Shown: piece by piece, positions 1 to 9,802 of the stretch | Numbering within the stretch: position 1 is the first letter of the stretch | Layout of the letters: every line of letters starts with the position of its first letter | Assembly: GCA_963675785.1 (NCBI GenBank) | Contig: OY776562.1 | Coordinates: forward strand, 32,001-96,000 | Direction: 5' to 3' | Length of the DNA: 64,000 nt | Origin: Anaerolineae bacterium | GTDB lineage: Bacteria; Chloroflexota; Anaerolineae; UBA1429 | The notes under the pieces: model-generated | What the model was told of the DNA's origin: nothing | Seen by the model: only the letters and a program-made list of their open reading frames with translations | Database searches by the model: none | Program-made: the position numbers and the translations under genes

Positions 1-183
1 GGTCGCTACGCCGGCCCAGGAATGCAGCCGAATCATGCTGATACCCAGCAATGCAAAAACAGTAATTCCCACAATCCACAGCACGAGACTCATTGAAGCA
101 ACTGTCGTTGGGGGGAGAATCAACAGCACAAAAAACTGGACTATTGCTACAATGTATAGACCTTTGGGTCGACGTGATACCAT
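1..183 (-). CDS. Partial hydrophobic membrane protein (runs off the left edge)
   Basis: ATG at 183 preceded by AAAGGGG; translates MVSRRPKGLYIVAIVQFFVLLILPP..., hydrophobic and open to position 1. Confidence 0.55.
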   Translation of the reverse strand, partial: MVSRRPKGLYIVAIVQFFVLLILPPTTVASMSLVLWIVGITVFALLGISMIRLHSWAGVAT

Positions 184-256
184 CAGTATCCCCTTTATGA
201 GTTCAAGATAAGAGGCATTATAGTTTGCCTGGTATAGGTGGTCAAGGAGCGATGAA

Positions 257-1018
257 TTGAAGTTGGGATTTGGAAATCTGCATGTGACAGCCGATATGGT
301 TGCCTTTGATAAGGATGGCACGCTCATAGCCTTTCACGATCTTTGGCATGCCTGGATGGATCGCTTTATTCAGGCTATCGATGAGCAAGTCCCCCTCTCG
401 GATGCTTTGCATAAAGCTTTTGCACTGATCCTGGGTTGGGATGCAAGTTCGGGTGTCTGGGACCCTCTTGGCCCAGCAACCTTGGCTTCGACACAAGAGG
501 CAGCGCTTTTGGCCGCTTCTGTTCTCTATGGCTATGCCTCTCTGGATTGGCCCAAAGCTCAGGCCGTGGTTAGGTATGCCTATGATAACATTTGGGACCA
601 TTTGCCCGTGGAAGATCTGATCAGACCTACGGGTGATGTCACCTCATTGCTGGGTAGCTTGAGAGCTGAGGGTATCCACACCGCACTGGTTACCGCAGAT
701 GATCGTCAGCCTACAATAGATACGCTGGAGCGCTTTGGCTGGCTGGAGTTGTTTGATGTGATCATGTGCGGTGACGATGGTTTGCCGCAAAAGCCTAACC
801 CCGAGCTGCTTCTGGAGACTTGCCGAAGGATTGGCGTCTCCCCGGAGCGAACGATTATGGTTGGCGATACAGTCGCGGATTTGGCTATGGCCAGGGGGGC
901 AGGCGCTGCGTTCGCCGTAGCTGTTTTGGGCGGCAGTATGCCTGTTGAATTACTTGCTCCCCATGCGGATGTAGTGCTATCGAGCATTGATGATATTGTG
1001 ATTATCAGGGAAGAGTAA
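257..1018 (+). CDS. HAD-IA hydrolase, phosphoglycolate phosphatase-like
   Basis: FDKDGTL motif I, KPNP, MVGDTVAD motif IV. Confidence 0.85.
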   Translation: MKLGFGNLHVTADMVAFDKDGTLIAFHDLWHAWMDRFIQAIDEQVPLSDALHKAFALILGWDASSGVWDPLGPATLASTQEAALLAASVLYGYASLDWPKAQAVVRYAYDNIWDHLPVEDLIRPTGDVTSLLGSLRAEGIHTALVTADDRQPTIDTLERFGWLELFDVIMCGDDGLPQKPNPELLLETCRRIGVSPERTIMVGDTVADLAMARGAGAAFAVAVLGGSMPVELLAPHADVVLSSIDDIVIIREE

Positions 1019-1020
1019 AC

Positions 1021-1797
1021 ATGGTAGAACCTCGGTATCAGGGTTATATCTTTGATCTGGACGGTACAGTTTATCTGGGTGATCGGTTGATCCCTGGCGC
1101 CAAAGAGCGGATCGAATGGCTGCGTTCGCATGGCCGGCGAATCGTGTTCTTGTCCAATAAACCGCTCGAGCCAAGATCGAGTTATGCAGCCAAGCTCACC
1201 CGCCTGGGAATCCAGACTCCCGAACAAGATGTCATTAACTCGACCCAGGCATTGATGACCTATCTTCGACAGAATAACCCTGGTGAACGTTTGTATGTTA
1301 TCGGTGAAGACGCCCTTTTGCGCGAGATGAAAACCGAGGGCTTTGAGCTCGTTGAGGACATCGACCAGATCGATATTGTTGTGGCCGCGTTTGATCGCAC
1401 CTTGACCTATGCCAAATTGAATACAGCCCATCAGGCTTTGATACGGGGAGCACGTTTTTACGCCACCAATAGCGACCGTACTTGCCCAATTGAAGGTGGT
1501 GAGATTCCTGATTGCGCTGGAGTCATTGCCTTTTTGGAAGCCACTACTGGTCGCACTGTTGAAATGGTGGCAGGCAAACCTTCTGAGCATATGGTAAAAG
1601 CGGCTGCGGCGAGGTTAGGGGTGCCTTTGGCGCAAAGCATTATGGTGGGCGATCGTCTGGCAACGGATATGCGCATGGGGCAAAATGCCGGCATTGATAC
1701 GGCTTTGGTTCTCTCTGGAGTTACTACAAGAAATCAATTGGAAGGGAGCGACGTACAACCGACCATGGTGCTAGCAAGTATTGCCTCGATTCCTTGA
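1021..1797 (+). CDS. HAD-IIA (NagD-like) hydrolase
   Basis: FDLDGTVY, FLSN, GKPS, VGDRLATD, VLSGVT. Confidence 0.9.
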   Translation: MVEPRYQGYIFDLDGTVYLGDRLIPGAKERIEWLRSHGRRIVFLSNKPLEPRSSYAAKLTRLGIQTPEQDVINSTQALMTYLRQNNPGERLYVIGEDALLREMKTEGFELVEDIDQIDIVVAAFDRTLTYAKLNTAHQALIRGARFYATNSDRTCPIEGGEIPDCAGVIAFLEATTGRTVEMVAGKPSEHMVKAAAARLGVPLAQSIMVGDRLATDMRMGQNAGIDTALVLSGVTTRNQLEGSDVQPTMVLASIASIP

Positions 1798-1799
1798 TG

Positions 1800-2618
1800 C
1801 TATTGCTGGAGTACACACATGGTATAGTCGCCCCAACGCTCAAAACCGAGTGATTCGTAGATGTGCAGGGCGGGAGTATTCTCTCGCTTTACATAAAGCG
1901 TAATGCGATCGCCAGCCATCAAACTCTCAGCACATAACGCTGCTACTGTACAACGGGCTAGTCCATGTCCTCTGTATTCGGGAGTGGTGTAGACGGCTCC
2001 CACGTGGGTGTATCCGGGGATACTGGCTTCTCGGACTGCCATAGAGACAGGCAAGTCGTCGCAGAACCCTATATATGTGCCGCATTCGATATAGCGCGCG
2101 GCCAGTTGAAATGCCCAATCTCCCATCAAAAGTTCGCGGCGCGTACCAAAATACTCGCATTCGAAATCTCGCCGCATTTCGGCTATAGCATCGAGATCGT
2201 TCATCGTGGCTCGTCGGGTATTCTGTACATCAGGCAGTTGGAATAGCTGGGGATTCAATTCGCAGGCATAATCATCTTCTCGGTAGGTGATACCCAAGGG
2301 CGCCATGGTTCGCAGTTCGCGCAAGAGTGGATCGGTGATAGAGCGCATGGCGCCTATCCATCTTAATCTGTGAGTATAGGCATCACGGATTAGAGGGGTT
2401 ATAGCGTTATCACTGGTGAAATAGGGAAACCAACGGCCGTTGGCGAGGATGATTTGTGCGCCAATGATGCGCCCTGAATCTCTGTAGATATAAGCCAATG
2501 TTCCGGGCACAATCGTAGATTCGGCCAAATGGTTGATTGCATAGATGTTCTCTCGTGGAAACTGCTCGAGATAGGCCGAAATATCTGCCAAACGCAGGAT
2601 GATGCTTTCGCCGTCCAA
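1800..2618 (-). CDS. GNAT acetyltransferase (C-terminal FR47-like domain)
   Basis: VYTTPEYRGHGLA acetyl-CoA motif, N-x-PA-x-x-x-YESLGF. Confidence 0.8.
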   Translation of the reverse strand: MDGESIILRLADISAYLEQFPRENIYAINHLAESTIVPGTLAYIYRDSGRIIGAQIILANGRWFPYFTSDNAITPLIRDAYTHRLRWIGAMRSITDPLLRELRTMAPLGITYREDDYACELNPQLFQLPDVQNTRRATMNDLDAIAEMRRDFECEYFGTRRELLMGDWAFQLAARYIECGTYIGFCDDLPVSMAVREASIPGYTHVGAVYTTPEYRGHGLARCTVAALCAESLMAGDRITLYVKRENTPALHIYESLGFERWGDYTMCVLQQ

Positions 2619-2627
2619 GTTTCACCC

Positions 2628-2674
2628 CAAAAAAACAAAGAGGGGCGAGAAACCACAACGGAATCTCGCCCCTT
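2628..2674 (-). terminator. Intrinsic terminator after the S1 gene
   Basis: AGGGGCGAGA/TCTCGCCCCT stem followed by a T-tract on the minus strand. Confidence 0.65.
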
Positions 2675-2697
2675 CTATTTCTATTTCGCCCTATCGA

Positions 2698-3429
2698 TTA
2701 ACGACGGTGCTTTTTGCGGGTCATGGCTTCTTTAAAGGCCAACTCAAAGGCTGTTGGTCCCTCCCAATCCTCGTCAATTTGGGGCTGAGCGACTGGCTCT
2801 TCCCGGTTTTCTTCGTCGTCGGCGTCTTTCATAGTCAACGAGATTCGACGGCGCTCTCGATCAACTTCGAGAATGCGCAGAGAAACCTCATCGCCAACTT
2901 TGACAACTTCAGACGGATGCTTGACGAAGCCATTGGAAAGCTGCGAGACATGAACCAGACCGTCAGATTGCGCACCGATGTCAACAAAGGCGCCAAAATC
3001 AACCAGACGCATAACTTTGCCTGTAATCTGTGCACCCGGCTCTAGTCTGTTCAAAGGCGTACGATCATCACGGTCACCGCGTGGCAATGTCAGGCTAATG
3101 CGGTTGTTTTCTGTATCAACACGGCGTACTACTACGTCGATAACATCGCCAACTTTGAGGGTCTTGTCCAAGCCGGCACGTTTGAGCGCGGATACATGGG
3201 CGAGACCGTCACGGCCAACGCCAATATCTATAAAGGCGCCAAAATCGACGATATTCCGAACTTTGCCTTTGCAGCGGGTACCAGGACGCAAAGCATCAAG
3301 CCCTGCGGCCTTTTTCTGGCCCGAATCGAGCTCATTGTCGGGAGCTTTCCCTGTCCCGTCTTCGGCGGCCGAAGCCACTGGTGTAGACTGGTCAACATCT
3401 TGCCCAGCCACTTTTTCCTCGTAATCCAT
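2698..3429 (-). CDS. Two-S1-domain RNA-binding protein
   Basis: Two repeats of G-x-V-x-x-x-VDFGAF-x-DIG...DGL-x-HVS...KVGD; start placed at MDYEEK after GGAG. Confidence 0.85.
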   Translation of the reverse strand: MDYEEKVAGQDVDQSTPVASAAEDGTGKAPDNELDSGQKKAAGLDALRPGTRCKGKVRNIVDFGAFIDIGVGRDGLAHVSALKRAGLDKTLKVGDVIDVVVRRVDTENNRISLTLPRGDRDDRTPLNRLEPGAQITGKVMRLVDFGAFVDIGAQSDGLVHVSQLSNGFVKHPSEVVKVGDEVSLRILEVDRERRRISLTMKDADDEENREEPVAQPQIDEDWEGPTAFELAFKEAMTRKKHRR

Positions 3430-3619
3430 GCTCCCGATCTCCTGCATCTCAGTTACAACTGGCGAGTGTCGCCAATGGCCGACGCGTTCAAGCCAAACGC
3501 AATTATGCCACAAGCGCTAGGGCTAGTCAAACATCGCTGCTGGCCTGCATCTCACCATTCTTCGTGGGCGGGCACAAGTGTGCTATAATCGCTATATTAC
3601 ATAGTCAAGGGTAAAAAAC

Positions 3620-4369
3620 ATGAGACGCTCTGATAACCGGACGTTGTGGTATGTGCTCGCCGCCCTTTTGGGGCTCTATATTGTCATCGCTGTCGCCAGA
3701 GGTGGATTCGGCACTATTGGCAGCACGTTGCTGGGTATTCTGATCAGTCTACTGGCCATCATCATTGCCATTACTGTGCACGAATGTTCGCATGCCTGGG
3801 CTGCAGACAAACTGGGGGATTCAACGGCCCGCTTGATGGGGCGGGTTACACTGAATCCCCTTGCACATTTGGATCCCATGGGCACCGTGATGATGATTCT
3901 CACTGCCCTGACGGGCGTGGGTATCGGCTGGGGTAAACCTACTCCTGTGAATCCCACGCGCCTCAAGTATGGTTCGCGGGTGGGCTATGGTGTGGTGGCG
4001 TTGGCGGGGCCGATTTCCAACCTGTTAGTGGGCACATTTTTCGGCCTGATCCTTCGTTTCGCGCCGTTATCATCCTACTATCTTTATCTGAGTTTATATG
4101 TGTTGACTCTGACTAATTTTTATCTCTGTTTCTTCAATCTATTGCCCTTTCCCCCACTTGATGGCTTTAGTGTGCTGATTGGCATTTTGGCGTTGTTCCG
4201 CGGTAGATGGGCCTGGCAGGCAACGAATTGGCTGCGCAGCATCGAACCCTATGGCTCAACCTTTCTGTTCGGAGCCATCATCCTGTTGCAGTTTCTCAAT
4301 CTGCCGGTCTTGAGCTGGGTCATTGGTACGCCCGCCTATGCTTTGTACCATTTGGTAACGGGGCTATAG
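3620..4369 (+). CDS. Site-2 protease (peptidase M50)
   Basis: HECSH, AGPISN and NLLPFPPLDG motifs; TATAAT upstream. Confidence 0.92.
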   Translation: MRRSDNRTLWYVLAALLGLYIVIAVARGGFGTIGSTLLGILISLLAIIIAITVHECSHAWAADKLGDSTARLMGRVTLNPLAHLDPMGTVMMILTALTGVGIGWGKPTPVNPTRLKYGSRVGYGVVALAGPISNLLVGTFFGLILRFAPLSSYYLYLSLYVLTLTNFYLCFFNLLPFPPLDGFSVLIGILALFRGRWAWQATNWLRSIEPYGSTFLFGAIILLQFLNLPVLSWVIGTPAYALYHLVTGL

Positions 4370-4370
4370 G

Positions 4371-4901
4371 TTGCCTTCCCGAATTCTCTCCCGGGCGCAC
4401 TACAGGTTAAGTCAGGTCTGGCATCGCTATACCGGGCGTATACCCTACGAGTTGCTGGCTCAGGCGCAGGCGTTGATCGGTCCGGCATGCTGGGCCCTTT
4501 TTGTGGCCATGCCGCGCGGCGATAGAATTCACGCCCTCTCTGTGTTTCAGTGTCTGAGCGCAGAGACAGAGAACAAAGATTTGTTGACTGCGGCTCTATT
4601 ACACGATGTGGGTAAAACTGGAGTCGGGCTAAACCTCTTGAGGCGAACGCTTTGTGTGCTTTTTGGGCATTTTTGGCCTTCTGTTCTTGAACGAATGGGC
4701 AGCCGAGACGAGGGCTGGCGGCGCCCCTTTTATCGGCATCTTTATCATGCAGAGCTTGGTGCGCAGGCTTGTGAGCGCTGTGGCTGTAATGATACGATTG
4801 TCTGGCTTGTTCGACATCACGAGGATAGTAGCGTGGATGAAGTCCAATCGGCCAGAGGCTTTCAACTGCAGGCGTTGCAGCAGGCGGATGATCGTAGCTA
4901 G
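4371..4901 (+). CDS. HD-domain phosphohydrolase
   Basis: AALLHDVGK, H-x-x-LGA, RHHE, LQQADD. Confidence 0.85.
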   Translation: MPSRILSRAHYRLSQVWHRYTGRIPYELLAQAQALIGPACWALFVAMPRGDRIHALSVFQCLSAETENKDLLTAALLHDVGKTGVGLNLLRRTLCVLFGHFWPSVLERMGSRDEGWRRPFYRHLYHAELGAQACERCGCNDTIVWLVRHHEDSSVDEVQSARGFQLQALQQADDRS

Positions 4902-4918
4902 TTCTGCTGGAGGTTACT

Positions 4919-5872
4919 ATGCAACTTTCGTTGATTGGTTTGGGTTTGACTACAACTTCGATGGCCTTGGCGCTCAAGCGGGCTACGTCGGAGATTACCA
5001 TTGTTGGAAATGATCCCGATCCTCTGTTGTCTGCACGCGCCAAGAAACTAGAGGCCGTCGACAAGATCCATTGGAATTTGCCGGCTTTGTGCGAAAATGC
5101 GGATATGATCATCATCGATGTTGGTCTCTCCGAGTTGGGGAAAACGCTACAGGTAATCAGGCAGGATCTCAAAGAGGATGTAGTGATCATTGCTCTTTCC
5201 TCTGTTCCTTCCTCTGTTCTAAGTGTTCAGGATATGTTACCCGAGACTGCTAATCTCATTGGCGCCCTGCCAATTTCGCCAGCTTTTGCCTTTCCAGAGC
5301 ATTTGGATCCCTCGGTGGATTGGTTGGTAGGCATCCCCGTCTTTTTGGCGATCTCTGCGTGTGTTTCTCCGAGTGCTGCTGATCGAGCGTCGACGCTGGT
5401 ATCTGCCTTTGGGGCCATACCGCGTTTTGCCGATGCTGCCGAATTGGATGGCATGGCCGCTGTAGGGGAGCAATTGCCCTTGGTGATTGCCTTGTCGTTG
5501 GCAGCCCAATTCCAGAATGTCTCTGGAGAGCATGACCGTCTTGCTGCTTCTGGGGGACAGCTGGCTTTGCTGGGCGCTGCCTTGCAGGCTCCTGAGACGG
5601 AAGTCGCTCAAGACTGGATTGCGAATCGTGCCGTTCTAGTCCCGGCAATTGATGTGTGCATTCAGGAACTGGAAAGCATCAAGAGACGTATTCAAACAGA
5701 GGACGAACAGGAGCTTGTTAGTGAGCTCAAACAAGCGGCCAAAACGGGCATGGTTTGGGTGACGGGCGAGGAAGAGGATGATAGCAAATCATCTGTTCCA
5801 CGGCCCAGCGGCTGGCTGCGCACACTGTTTCTCGGCGGCTCATTCAGACGCAGATCCACAGATGAGAATTAG
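4919..5872 (+). CDS. Prephenate dehydrogenase-like protein (degenerate)
   Basis: LIGLGL...SMALAL Rossmann start and TyrA layout, but the catalytic His motifs are altered. Confidence 0.65.
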   Translation: MQLSLIGLGLTTTSMALALKRATSEITIVGNDPDPLLSARAKKLEAVDKIHWNLPALCENADMIIIDVGLSELGKTLQVIRQDLKEDVVIIALSSVPSSVLSVQDMLPETANLIGALPISPAFAFPEHLDPSVDWLVGIPVFLAISACVSPSAADRASTLVSAFGAIPRFADAAELDGMAAVGEQLPLVIALSLAAQFQNVSGEHDRLAASGGQLALLGAALQAPETEVAQDWIANRAVLVPAIDVCIQELESIKRRIQTEDEQELVSELKQAAKTGMVWVTGEEEDDSKSSVPRPSGWLRTLFLGGSFRRRSTDEN

Positions 5873-5908
5873 GTATTCTTGGGTTCGAGGTCAAGCTCAA
5901 GGGGGAAC

Positions 5909-6604
5909 ATGACGAGCCTAACGGTTGGCATGCCAGCATATAACGAGGCAGAGAATATTGGGCCAATGATCGACATGGTGTTGGACAAAGTCAGTCCTCT
6001 TGTCGATGATCTGGAAATCGTGGTTGTGGACGACGGCAGCCGTGATAATACGGCCGCTGTTATCAGTGAGCTGAGTCAGAGGGACCCGCGCATTCGTCTG
6101 GTGCAACATGAAGTGAATCAGGGTTATGGCGCCGCCGTTCGAGATGCGATTTGGGCTGCTACCAAGGATCTGGTTTTTTTTACGGATTCGGACCGCCAGT
6201 TTGATCTCAGTGAGATGAAGGCTTTTTTCCCCGCCTTGCAATCTGCCGACATGGTCGTGGGATATCGCCACAGTCGTAGCGACCCCTGGCACCGCCGCTT
6301 CTTTGGGCATGGTTGGAGCTGGCTTGTTAACTTGCTTTTTGGCTATACCGCGCGGGATATCGATTGTGCTTTCAAGCTGTTCAAGCGTGAGGTGATTGAT
6401 ACCATCACGGTTGATTCGGGGGGGGCCATGTTCAGTGCCGAGTTCATGGTGCGCACCAAGCGTGCGGGGTTCAAGATCGTTGAGATGCCAGTTTCTCATT
6501 TGCCGCGCGTTGCGGGTACCCAAACTGGGGCTAAGCCAGCGGTCATTTTGCGAGCCTTTGGTGAGCTGATCAAGCTGCGCTTTAGGCTTTGGTTCAAGGG
6601 ATAA
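5909..6604 (+). CDS. GT2 polyprenol-phosphate glycosyltransferase (DPM1-like)
   Basis: PAYNEAENI, VDDGSRD, NQGYG, TDSD, DIDCAFK. Confidence 0.9.
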   Translation: MTSLTVGMPAYNEAENIGPMIDMVLDKVSPLVDDLEIVVVDDGSRDNTAAVISELSQRDPRIRLVQHEVNQGYGAAVRDAIWAATKDLVFFTDSDRQFDLSEMKAFFPALQSADMVVGYRHSRSDPWHRRFFGHGWSWLVNLLFGYTARDIDCAFKLFKREVIDTITVDSGGAMFSAEFMVRTKRAGFKIVEMPVSHLPRVAGTQTGAKPAVILRAFGELIKLRFRLWFKG

Positions 6605-6605
6605 C

Positions 6606-7844
6606 ATGGATTCTGCCCGGTCTTTGGATGACGAGACGTCTGTGCTTGCGCGGCGTGTGCTGATGATTGCCCCGACCTCTTTTTTTGCTGATTCGGGCTG
6701 TCATGTTCGCATTCTCGAAGAGACTCGGACGCTTCAACGCTTGGGGTGCCAGGTGGCCATATGCACGTATCACACTGGCCGGGATGTGGATGGTCTGGAT
6801 ATTCGGCGGACGGGTCCTCTGTTTTTTCATAGCAAGTATGAAGTTGGCACGGCGCGCCACAAAGTTGCTTTTGATGCACTTTTATTCTTTCGTGCCTGGG
6901 CCGCCTGCCGCTCTTTTCGCCCCCAGGTGATCCATGCACACTTGCACGAAGGCGCTCTGATTGGGTTGGTGCTCTCTCGTCTATTGCGAATACCGCTAAT
7001 ATTTGATTTTCAGGGCAGCCTGACCAGCGAGATGGTGGATAATCACTTTTTGTCTCGCGATGGCCTGGCTTACGGGCCTCTTCGGCGGCTAGAGCGCTAT
7101 ATCGACCAGCATGTGCCACAAATCATCACCAGTTCAACCCATGCGGCAGAGCTGGTTTGTGGCGAGTTTGGCTGTGATCCCGAGCGGGTGATGAGTATTG
7201 TTGATTGCGTTGACCTGGACACCTTTTATCCTCGCCAGGATGAAGAGGAGCGCCATAGCCAACTGCAATCCTTGGGTATTCCTGAAGGTCGGCACATTAT
7301 CGTGTATCTGGGCAAGCTGGCAGAGTATCAGGGAACAAGGTTGTTGATCGAGGCAGTGCAAGAGTTGTGCCGAAGACGTGATGATCTGCACTTTGTTATT
7401 GCGGGGTATCCCTCGGTGGATGTTTACAAGGCCCTCGCCTTTGAGTTGAGCATCGCCGATCACTGTACTTTTACCGGGCGGGTAGACTATGAGCACGCAG
7501 CCGACATTCTCAAATTGGGCGATATCGCCGTATCTCCCAAAGTGTCAAAAACCGAAGGCGCCGGAAAACTGCTCAATTACATGGCCATGGGATTGCCCAC
7601 CATCGCTTTTGATAACGGTGTAAGCCGCGAATACCTGGGCGATTTAGGGGTTTACGCGCCGACTGGCGATGTCGCAGCGCTGGCAGAGCAGATCAGTCTT
7701 TTGATTGATGATGAGCCCCGACGGTGCGAATTGGCAGTTGCACTACGCCAACGGGCAAGCATGTTTTCGTGGGATGAGGCAGGACACAGAATACTAGAGC
7801 GCTATGGGGCAGCGGCAGAAATGAAAAACGGGCCGCGCAAATAG
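6606..7844 (+). CDS. GT4 glycosyltransferase
   Basis: IHAHLHE, YLGKL-x-x-YQG, KLLNYMAMGLP. Confidence 0.88.
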   Translation: MDSARSLDDETSVLARRVLMIAPTSFFADSGCHVRILEETRTLQRLGCQVAICTYHTGRDVDGLDIRRTGPLFFHSKYEVGTARHKVAFDALLFFRAWAACRSFRPQVIHAHLHEGALIGLVLSRLLRIPLIFDFQGSLTSEMVDNHFLSRDGLAYGPLRRLERYIDQHVPQIITSSTHAAELVCGEFGCDPERVMSIVDCVDLDTFYPRQDEEERHSQLQSLGIPEGRHIIVYLGKLAEYQGTRLLIEAVQELCRRRDDLHFVIAGYPSVDVYKALAFELSIADHCTFTGRVDYEHAADILKLGDIAVSPKVSKTEGAGKLLNYMAMGLPTIAFDNGVSREYLGDLGVYAPTGDVAALAEQISLLIDDEPRRCELAVALRQRASMFSWDEAGHRILERYGAAAEMKNGPRK

Positions 7845-7856
7845 CACGGCCCGTTT
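7824..7856. terminator. Bidirectional terminator between GT4 and the tRNA cluster
   Basis: AAAAACGGGCCG...CGGCCCGTTT. Confidence 0.65.
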
Positions 7857-7863
7857 AATCCTG

Positions 7864-7937
7864 TGGAGGCGACGGTCGGACTCGAACCGACGATAAAGGT
7901 TTTGCAGACCTCTGCCTTGCCACTTGGCTACGTCGCC
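7864..7937 (-). tRNA. tRNA-Cys(GCA), CCA encoded
   Basis: GGCGACGTAGCCAAGTGG...CTGCAAA...GGTTCGAGTCC...GTCGCCTCCA. Confidence 0.96.
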
Positions 7938-7984
7938 TCAGAAAAACACGGCTCCCGGATATTATCAATTGGGAACCGTGCTCA

Positions 7985-8059
7985 TGGAGCGGAAGACGAG
8001 ATTCGAACTCGCGACCCTCTCCTTGGCAAGGAGATGCTCTACCACTGAGCCACTTCCGC
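7985..8059 (-). tRNA. tRNA-Gly(GCC), CCA encoded
   Basis: GCGGAAGTGGCTCAGTGG...TTGCCAA...GTTCGAATC...TTCCGCTCCA. Confidence 0.96.
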
Positions 8060-8064
8060 CCAGG

Positions 8065-8137
8065 TGCCGAAGCCCAGACTTGAACTGGGGACACCTTGAT
8101 TTTCAGTCAAGTGCTCTACCAACTGAGCTACCTCGGC
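8065..8137 (-). tRNA. tRNA-Phe(GAA), full CCA not encoded
   Basis: GCCGAGGTAGCTCAGTTGG...CTGAAAA...GTTCAAGTC...CTTCGGCA. Confidence 0.95.
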
Positions 8138-8258
8138 ACGAACCTTGGGTGCCTTTTATTCTATCGAAAACATAGAGCTTGTCAAACTCGCTGGCAGGCT
8201 TCCGGCAGCTTTGACAGTCTGATTTATGCAAGGGACAATACGTCCAGGGGGTAAATAC

Positions 8259-9179
8259 GTGAAGATATATGATAGTGTTGTCGAGACAATTGGGAATACG
8301 CCATTGGTTTATTTGTCTCACCTTCGCCAGGGCATTGGCGGGCGTGTTGCCGCCAAGCTCGAGTTTATGAACCCAATGTCGAGCGTCAAGGACCGAACGG
8401 CTGCAAATTTGATCGCGGATGCTGAGAAGCGTGGGCTCTTGTCTCCGGGGGCTTTGGTAGTTGAAGCGACTAGCGGTAATACGGGCATCGGTTTGGCTTG
8501 CGTCTGCGCTGCCAAGGGGTATCGTTTGGCCATCGTTATGCCCGATAATATGAGTCAAGAGCGCATCCAAATTCTAAAAGCGCTTGGAGCTCAGGTGGAA
8601 CTAACGCCGGCTTCCAGCGGCATCAAGGGCGCAGTAGCTCGCACTGATGAGATATTGAAGGCTAATCCGGGAAGTTTTGCCCCCCGGCAGTTTGAGAATC
8701 CTGCCAATCCTGATGCGCACCGCAAGACAACCGCACCAGAGATTCTGCGAGATACCGATGGTAGGGTAGATATCTTTATTGCTACATCTGGGACTGGAGG
8801 CACCTTCACCGGCGTTTCGGATGTTCTAAAGCGGCATAATCCCAATATTCGTTGCATCGTTGTCGAACCTGCCGAGTCTTCTGTTATTGCCGGGGGAGAA
8901 CCGCATCCACATGGCATCGCTGGCATTGGCCCAGGGTTTGTTCCCGACATCCTCTGCGTAGCCCTGGCCGACGAGATATTGCCAGTTAAGACAGAAGACG
9001 CGCGAGAGATGACGCGCCGCCTGGCTCGTGAGGAGGGTATCTTTGCCGGCATTTCCTCAGGGGCTGCTGCCTGGGCTGCATTGCATGTGGCTTCCAGGCC
9101 AGAGAATGTTGGCAAACTCATTGTGACGGTCTTGCCGGACGGCGGAGATCGCTATTTGAGCACAAATGTGTTTGCTTGA
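8259..9179 (+). CDS. cysK: Cysteine synthase A
   Basis: IGNTPLV, SSVKDR (PLP lysine), ATSGNTG, QFENPAN, GTGGT, GISSGA. Confidence 0.93.
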   Translation: MKIYDSVVETIGNTPLVYLSHLRQGIGGRVAAKLEFMNPMSSVKDRTAANLIADAEKRGLLSPGALVVEATSGNTGIGLACVCAAKGYRLAIVMPDNMSQERIQILKALGAQVELTPASSGIKGAVARTDEILKANPGSFAPRQFENPANPDAHRKTTAPEILRDTDGRVDIFIATSGTGGTFTGVSDVLKRHNPNIRCIVVEPAESSVIAGGEPHPHGIAGIGPGFVPDILCVALADEILPVKTEDAREMTRRLAREEGIFAGISSGAAAWAALHVASRPENVGKLIVTVLPDGGDRYLSTNVFA

Positions 9180-9225
9180 CAGAGGGGTGTAAGACGGCTA
9201 TTCTAATACCAGTAGGGGGTATTGG
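9176..9225 (+). promoter_or_regulatory. Sigma70 promoter with a CsoR/CstR-like operator
   Basis: TTGACA(9176)-17 nt-TATTCT(9199), immediately followed by TAATACCAGTAGGGGGTATTGG. Confidence 0.6.
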
Positions 9226-9256
9226 TATTGGTGAGAATTATTTGCGAGGTTGAGCG

Positions 9257-9802
9257 ATGCGATATAAATGGATAGCTGTTCTAGTGATTGTTTTGATTGT
9301 GGCGTTAGCAGTCATGGGCTGTAGCAGCGATACGCCCGAGGAGGCGGCTCTGGGGCTAATTGTAACAGATGACAGTAGTTCCAAGCCTGCTGAGGGTCAA
9401 GTAGCGCCTGACTTTCGCCTGGAGACTCTCGATGGCGAGGCTGTAGCGCTGAGTGACTTTCAGGGCAAGCCGGTTATGCTGAATTTTTGGGCTAGCTGGT
9501 GTGGTCCCTGTCAGCAGGAAATCCCTTATATGGTCGAAGCTTATGCTGATGCGGATGACCAGTTTGAGATTGTGGCTGTGAACATCCAAGAATCGACCAA
9601 TACAGTTAGAGACTTTGCGGATTCGGCAGAGATGACATTTTCTATACTTTTGGATGACAAAGCTTCTGTAGCGACTGGTTATTCTATTCGGGGTATCCCA
9701 ACAAGCATGTTCCTCGATAGCGATGGTGTGATCGTGGCTATTCATGAAGGCACACTGACAGAGGCGCAACTGCAATCTTATCTTGATATGATTATCGAGT
9801 GA
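9257..9802 (+). CDS. TlpA/ResA-family thiol-disulfide oxidoreductase lipoprotein
   Basis: Lipobox VMGC, APDF, NFWASWCGPC, GIPTS. Confidence 0.92.
   Translation: MRYKWIAVLVIVLIVALAVMGCSSDTPEEAALGLIVTDDSSSKPAEGQVAPDFRLETLDGEAVALSDFQGKPVMLNFWASWCGPCQQEIPYMVEAYADADDQFEIVAVNIQESTNTVRDFADSAEMTFSILLDDKASVATGYSIRGIPTSMFLDSDGVIVAIHEGTLTEAQLQSYLDMIIE

Noticed and set aside
706-1590. Long antisense ORFs (also 4336-5190, 5918-6607, 12940-13665, 37816-38757, 51199-51807)
   Set aside because: They are shadows of well-supported genes on the opposite strand and carry no motifs.
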